Assembly: GCF_009834535.1 (NCBI RefSeq)
Contig: NC_045696.1
Span: 1,612,001 to 1,676,000, forward strand
Source of the DNA: Camelus ferus
Taxonomy: Eukaryota
Length of the DNA: 64,000 nt
Reading direction: 5' to 3'
The notes under the pieces are model-generated. The model was given only the letters and a program-made list of their open reading frames with translations, ran no database searches and was not told the DNA's origin. Of the stretch, positions 58,482 to 64,000 are shown one piece after another (position 1 is the stretch's first letter; every line of letters starts with the position of its first letter). Both the position numbers and the translations under genes were made by a program.

Positions 58482-59152
58482 TGACGGAAATGATCAATAA
58501 ATAATCAATATAGTAAGAATAGAAAAGAGTTTTATTTGAGCCAGGTTGAGGACTAGCCCAGAAGTCCGCTTCCCAGACTCCAAGAAACTGCTCTGGAGAA
58601 GCAGGCTTTTCAGCACAGTTTAAAATATATATATATATATATATTTGTTTGTTTATTTTTTAATGGAGGGACCGGGGACTGAACCCAGGACGTTGTGCAT
58701 GCTGAGCACACGCTCTACCTCTGAGCTCCACCCCCCGCCCCCCCCAGCAGAGTTTTGTATCTTGTCAAAAGAAAGAACTTTAAACAAGTCAGGGATCCAT
58801 GTGTTCAAGGTCTCATAGGCACAGACGGCGCGGCCTCGGCACCTGGGCGGGGTCTTATCATCAAAGGAGGACCGGCACTGGCGCCCTGGGAGGGGTGCTT
58901 CATCTGTGTTTTCAACACGGACCTTATTTACTCCTGGTCAATGTGCCCTTTTCTGTAATAATTAAAGCTGATGGACAGTGCGTGTTTGACAGGCCGCAGA
59001 TGCCGTTTCAGTCAGCATCAAGTTCAAGGGCGCCCACGCACAAGCCAGAATGACCCCCTTACGTCTCAGGATGTGAACATTTCCTTATTCAAGCCACAGG
59101 ACGAAGGCTAGGGCCCCTGCAGACACGCTAGGACCGCAGCAGGCAAGCAACA
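58482..59152 (-). mobile_element. ERV1 solo LTR, MER41-like, containing a SINE insertion
   Basis: Begins tgacggaaatgatcaataaa...agagtttatttgagccagg, which resembles the reverse end of MER41-class LTRs as recalled, and ends near ...gcaagcaaca. Family and right end are uncertain. Confidence 0.55.
58622..58744 (-). mobile_element. Camelid SINE inserted into the LTR, with a (TA)n tail
   Basis: ggagggaccggggactgaacccaggacgttgtgcatgctgagcacacgctctacctctgagctcc. TSD cagca(c/g)agttt at 58611-58621 and 58745-58755. Confidence 0.88.
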
Positions 59153-59537
59153 TCTCTGTCCTTGGGACCCTCACTTTCTCCCTTCATAAGGACCTGCCTT
59201 TGCCGCCAGGAGGGTGGACAAGGCTGAGTCAGCTTGGTCTCTGGCCCTGGGGGCAGCCCCTGCTGCCTGTCCTGAGGGGTCTGCTTCAGGAAGGAGCGAG
59301 GCAGGCCGCTGTCTGAACTGCAGCGAACTGGGGTCCACCATTGTCCCACGACCACTGGCCATGGGTCCAGAGGCAGTTTTCTTGAGATGGACCCCAGGGC
59401 TGCGTGCTGGAGCTCAGGGGGCTACGGGCCTCAGAGTGGGCCTGGCCTGTGGGGGTCACAGAGGCCAGCACCAGGCGTCCCATTCACCCTGCCACCGCGA
59501 ATCCACAGACAGGACAGGTCATTGAGATGGAGGTGGC

Positions 59538-59543
59538 TTTATT
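59538..59543 (-). terminator. PolyA signal AATAAA for KRTAP10 gene D
   Basis: tttatt about 295 nt past the stop at 59837. Confidence 0.7.
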
Positions 59544-59836
59544 AGGACTCAGAGGTTATGTCACGTCCTGGGATGGGAACAGGCCTGCTGCGGTGAGGAC
59601 AGCACCCTAGGGTTCAGGGGGTGCAGTGCGTCTCCTGGGGCACCCGAGGGACCAGCATCAGAAGGGACTTGGTGAGCAGCTCGAGTCCTTGAGATGAGGG
59701 GCGGGGCCAGGTGAAGGGGCTCACATTCTGTTCCCTGTGGTTGTTAAAGCGAGAGAGGGTGCAGCTGGCTGGGAGGGTGGCCTCCTGCTAGGGAAAGGAC
59801 CCTGGATAAAAGCAGGAAGGGTCAGCAGCCGGACTT

Positions 59837-60427
59837 CTAGGCTGAGTCGGGGACACAGCAGGCCGAGCGGGAGCACCTGGGGCGGCAGAGCAGGGACACG
59901 CAGGAGGCCGGGCGGCAGCAGCTGGGCTGGCAGGAGGGGGCGGGGGCACAGCAGGCGGGTCTGCACACGGGGCGGCAGAGCAGGGACACACAGGAGGAGG
60001 GTCTGCAGCAGGACGAGGGGCAGGGGGTGGGCTCACAGCACACGGGCCTGCAGCAGACAGGCCTGCAGCACACGGGCCTGCAGCAGACAGGTGTGCAGCA
60101 CACGGGCCTGCAGCAGAGGGGCGCACAGCAGTCCTGCTGGCAGAGGGAGGAGGTGCAGCAGGAGGGCTGGCAGCTAGACTGCGGGCAGCACAAGGCCGTG
60201 CAGGAGCTGGTGCAGGCAGATGGGCAAGGACAGGGCTCACAGCTCGCTGGGGCACAGAGGAGGCTCAGGCAGGGGGCCGGGGCGCAGCAGGGGGGCTCGC
60301 AGCAGCTCTCTGGGCAGTCGTCCACCTGCCAGGAGGAGCCGGTGCAGGAGTCACAGGGACCGGGCAGGCAGACCCGGCTGCCGTAGCTCAGGTTGCTGGA
60401 ACAGACGGACAGGGCAGGCGCGGCCAT
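59837..60427 (-). CDS. KRTAP10: Keratin-associated protein 10 family, gene D, 196 aa
   Basis: MAAPALSVCSSNLSYGSRVCLPGPCDSC... TATAAAA 60522-60528, AATAAA 59538-59543. Confidence 0.95.
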   Translation of the reverse strand: MAAPALSVCSSNLSYGSRVCLPGPCDSCTGSSWQVDDCPESCCEPPCCAPAPCLSLLCAPASCEPCPCPSACTSSCTALCCPQSSCQPSCCTSSLCQQDCCAPLCCRPVCCTPVCCRPVCCRPVCCRPVCCEPTPCPSSCCRPSSCVSLLCRPVCRPACCAPAPSCQPSCCRPASCVSLLCRPRCSRSACCVPDSA

Positions 60428-60445
60428 GGTGTGGGCGGTGGGGCT

Positions 60446-60475
60446 GGAGGAGGGTGAGTGTGTGTGTGTGAGTTA

Positions 60476-60502
<27 letters not shown>
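60446..60502. repeat. (TG)n microsatellite in the 5' leader of KRTAP10 gene D
   Basis: gtgagtgtgtgtgtgtgagttagtgtgtgtgtgtgtgtgtgtgtgtgtg between the TATA box and the ATG. Confidence 0.9.
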
Positions 60503-60507
<5 letters not shown>

Positions 60508-61719
60508 CTCCTGCTGTCAGCTTTTATACCCTCCAGGTGTGTATGTTGTCCCTGAAGGAGGCCCTATGCCGTCACTTCCTGTTTGATGTGTTTCCTGGTG
60601 AGGACTCTCATTCAGCTGGTTCCACTGTCATGAGATGTCCTTGCTCAACTCCTGACACTGATGATGCTGGCAGGGCACCGAATCCTGGCCTGAGTCTGGC
60701 CCCGCCAGACACCTGGCAGAAACGTGCAACCTCCCCGTGGCTGACCCCATGGCTTCCCCTGGTGGGTCATGTGCCAGGGGCCCTCCCCAGAGCTGGGGAG
60801 ACAGCTCCGGGCCCATGGTGACATGTGCTCTGTTGGTCCGCATTTTGTGTTTAGAGCCTCACCTGGGACAGCTGGCCTGGCCTGCGATTGGGGAGAAATC
60901 GATGGTGTGTCTATTAGGGGAAAAGGCAACGTGAGGACAGACCCCTCCTGGTGGGGGCTCTGTGAGCTTCCGTGGTACCCATGTGAGCAAGACGGATGAG
61001 GCCTGAGGACAGGAGAGGACCTTCCCTTCCAGAAGAAGGAAATGGAACTTTCTATCGAAGTCAGAGCTCCCTGGTTCATTAGGAGAACCAGATTCAGGGA
61101 CTGAAATTTGAGTCCTAAGCCATGTTCCGCAGAGCCATGGTCAGTTACCTGAGAGAGGCAGGTCCTGTGTCGTGCTTTCATCCGGAGACAAGAGAGGGTC
61201 CGGGTGGTATGAAGCTGAAGGAAGACCCATCATTGATGTAATTTCCATCAAAACCCACAGGGAATCTTTTTCATGGACAAATTGAGGATATTGAACTGCC
61301 AGGAAATGTTTGCAATTTGTGCAATAGATAAAAGGTTAATATGAAAATTTTAAAGACCTTAAACTAGAACAATAAAGATATAAAAGAATCAAACAAAATT
61401 TAAAATATTCAAATTTCCAATAATCATATGAAAAACTACTTGATCTCAATAAATAGTTTCCCAAATTAAAACATAAATATCTCACCTGTAAGATCATCCA
61501 AGATTTACAACTCGGATAACTTCCAGTGCCGCTGGCCATGAGGGCCTCACCCTTAGAAGCCCCTTAGCTGACGTAATTTATAAAAATTGTGATAACAAAT
61601 AATACAAAGTTTATGATTTTATCCATTTTGAAGTGCAGAATTCAGTGGCATTTAGTACAGTCACATGCACAGCCATGCCCACCATCCAGAACATTCTCAT
61701 TACTTTAAAAGGAAATCCT

Positions 61720-61805
61720 TGAGGGAGGGAAATAGCTCAGTGGTAGAGCACATGCTTAGCATGCAGGAGATCCTGGGTTCAATCCCCAGTGCCTCCAAAA
61801 AAAAA
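61720..61805 (+). mobile_element. Short camelid SINE with perfect 13-bp TSD
   Basis: gagggagggaaatagctcagtggtagagcacatgcttagcatgcaggagatcctgggttcaatccccagtgcctcc(A)n. TSD aaaaggaaatcct at 61707-61719 and 61806-61818. Confidence 0.93.
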
Positions 61806-62144
61806 AAAAGGAAATCCTGTGCTATTAAGAGTCCCTCCCTGCCCCCTTCAATCACTAATGTGCTTTCTGTCTCTACAGTGTTGCCTGTTTTGCACATTTC
61901 ATGTAGATGGAGTCATACAATCTGTAGCATTTTGTGTCTGACTCCTTTCGCTCAGCAGGATGTTTCCAAGTTCATCAACGCTGGAGCATGGATCAGTGCT
62001 TCACTCCTTTTTAGGGCTAATTGTCCATCAAACAGAGATACCACATTTTATTTATCCATTCATCAGTTGATGGACATTTGGGTCATTTCCACCTTTTGGC
62101 TAATGTGAATAGAGCTGCTGTGAACATTTGGTCCAAGTTTTTGT

Positions 62145-62284
62145 NNNNNNNNNNNNNNNNNNNNNNNNNNNNNNNNNNNNNNNNNNNNNNNNNNNNNNNN
62201 NNNNNNNNNNNNNNNNNNNNNNNNNNNNNNNNNNNNNNNNNNNNNNNNNNNNNNNNNNNNNNNNNNNNNNNNNNNNNNNNNNNN
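62145..62284. other. Assembly gap (140 N)
   Basis: Run of n. Confidence 0.99.
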
Positions 62285-62910
62285 AACAAACAAGGATTCC
62301 AACCTCCTCACACTTGCTCTCATTTTTCTCTTATTTCTTCCTCTTGCCTATAGCCACCCTAATGAGGGCCATCTCCTTTTGGTTCTGATCTGTATTTCTG
62401 GAACGCCAATGATTTTGTTCTCCCTTTCATGTGCTTCTTAGCTGTCCATATATCTTCTTTGAGGAAATGTCTATCAAGGTGCTTTGCCCATTTTTAATTG
62501 TTGTCCAATTTTAGGATTTCTTTATGCTTTCCGAATACTAGATCTTTATCAGGAGTATGATTTGCTAATAACGTCTTCCATTCTGTGGGTTGCCTTTTCA
62601 CTTTCCTGACAGTATCCTTCAATATACAAAATTTTCTAATTTTGGTGAAGTCAAATTGATCTATTTTTCCCACGTGGCTTGTGTTTTTGGCGTCATATCT
62701 AAGAAACTGTTGCCAAATCTAAGGTTATGCAGATTTACCCCTATGTTTTCTTCTAAGAGTTGTAGTTTTAGGTCTTATAGTTAAGGTTTTGATGTACTTG
62801 GAGTTAATTTTTGCATATGGTGTGAGACAGGGTTCAACTTTATTCTTTTGCATGTGATTCTTGCTGGAACTTCCAGGACAGCGTTGACTAGAAGTGGTGA
62901 AAGTGGGCAT

Positions 62911-63002
62911 CCTTGCCTTGTTCCTGATTGGAGGGGGGACCCCTTGCCTTGCTCCTGATTGGAGGGGGGACCCCTTGCCTTGTTCCTGATTGGAGGGGGG
63001 AC
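62911..63002. repeat. 31-bp tandem repeat, 3 copies, inside L1 ORF2
   Basis: ccttgccttg(t/c)tcctgattggaggggggacc starting at 62911, 62942 and 62973. Confidence 0.92.
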
Positions 63003-63467
63003 GTTTTCCGTCTCACCGATGCGCATGACGTTGGCTGTGGGTTTTCCATATGCTCGCTACGATGTTGAGGAAGTTCCTTCTGTTCCTAGTTTATTGAGTA
63101 TTTTTATCGTGAAAGAGTGTTGGCTTTTGTGAAATTCTTTTCCTGTTATCAGTTGAGATAATCGTGTGGTTGTTTTCCTTCATTTTATTTATGTGGTGCA
63201 TTACGTTGACTGGTTTTCATACATTCAATCACTTTTGCATTCTTTGTATAAATCCCACTTGGTTGTGGTGTATAATCCTTTTAATATGCTGCTGGATTTT
63301 GTATGATTGTATTTTGTTGGAGATTTTTTATCTATAAGAAATTTCAGTCTGAGGTTTTCTTTTTTTTTCTTTGTCTGGTTTTGGTATCAGGATGATACTG
63401 ACCTCATAGAATGAGAAAGTGTTCCCTCATCTTCTGCTGTGGGGGAAGTTTAAGGAAGATTAGCGCT

Positions 63468-63620
63468 GGGGATGAGAGCATAGCTCAGTGGTAGAGTGCA
63501 TGCCCCATGTGCCTGAGGTCCTGGGTTCAATCCCTAGTACCTCTGTTAAAAAAAATGAATAAACCCAATGACCTCCCCCCTCAAAAAATGAAAAAAATAA
63601 ATAAAAGTAAAAAATAAAAT
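63468..63620 (+). mobile_element. Camelid tRNA-derived SINE (Vic-1 type)
   Basis: ggggatgagagcatagctcagtggtagagtgcatgccccatgtgcctgaggtcctgggttcaatccctagtacctct plus an A-rich tail. Confidence 0.9.
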
Positions 63621-64000
63621 AGCTGGACAAAGCAGGTTTTAAAAAAGGGATTGGTGTTGATTATTCTATAAATGTTTAGTAGAATTCAGCATTTAACCAT
63701 TTTATCCTGGGCTTTTATTTTTGGGGAAATGTTCAATTACTGATTTAATCTTGTTAGTTGTTTTATGTCTATTTAGTCTTTTTTATTTATTTTCTTTCAA
63801 GTATGGTGTACAATACAGATGTACAATATAGTAATTCACAGTTTTAAAGGTTATACTTCACTTATAGTTATAAAGTATTGGCTATGTTCCCTGTGTCGTA
63901 CAGTATATCCTTGTAACTTATTTTATATGTAATAGTTTGTACCTTTTAATTCCTTGCCCCTATATTGCCTGAACCCCGTCCCTCTCCCCACTGGGAACCA

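Larger units (their letters stand above)
61590..64000 (-). mobile_element. L1 3' end and ORF2 region with nested SINEs and a second L1 3'UTR from about 63790
   Basis: MFTAALFTLAKRWK; [19 protein letters not shown]; [22 protein letters not shown] in minus-strand frames are L1 ORF2 motifs. Confidence 0.88.

Noticed and set aside
61720-61805. tRNA genes at the tRNA-like heads (11409, 29550, 54783, 58744, 61720, 63468)
   Set aside because: They have SINE bodies, A-rich tails and TSDs, and lack a complete cloverleaf.
62911-63002. CRISPR-like array interpretation of the 31-bp or 15-bp repeats
   Set aside because: Head-to-tail repeats with no unique spacers, in a mammalian genome with no cas genes.
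13194-64000. TSPEAR exon 2
   Set aside because: No DLRPLDILAE-like sequence found; it presumably lies beyond the window.

Overview
Mammalian genomic DNA, very probably a camelid (alpaca or camel), judged from the tRNA-derived Vic-1-type SINEs. It is GC-rich and has three N-gaps. The window holds the first coding exon of TSPEAR (+ strand, 13109-13193, in a CpG island). Nested in the TSPEAR first intron is part of the hair keratin-associated protein cluster corresponding to human 21q22.3. This comprises four intact single-exon KRTAP10-family genes (all - strand), two intact KRTAP12-family genes in inverted orientation, one KRTAP12 pseudogene, and one atypical 102-aa Cys/Pro-rich gene. The atypical gene has a complete KRTAP-type promoter and polyA signal but fits neither family well. 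An SLC25A39 processed pseudogene sits between the KRTAP12 genes, next to a SINE, with three copies of the same target site; its substitutions run strongly A/T to G/C. The rest is L1 fragments, MLT1, ERV-type LTRs, MER5A, SINEs and simple repeats. Most long ORFs in the track are GC-rich, antisense-shadow or repeat-derived artefacts. All alignments were done by eye, and comparisons with human proteins are from recall, not database searches.
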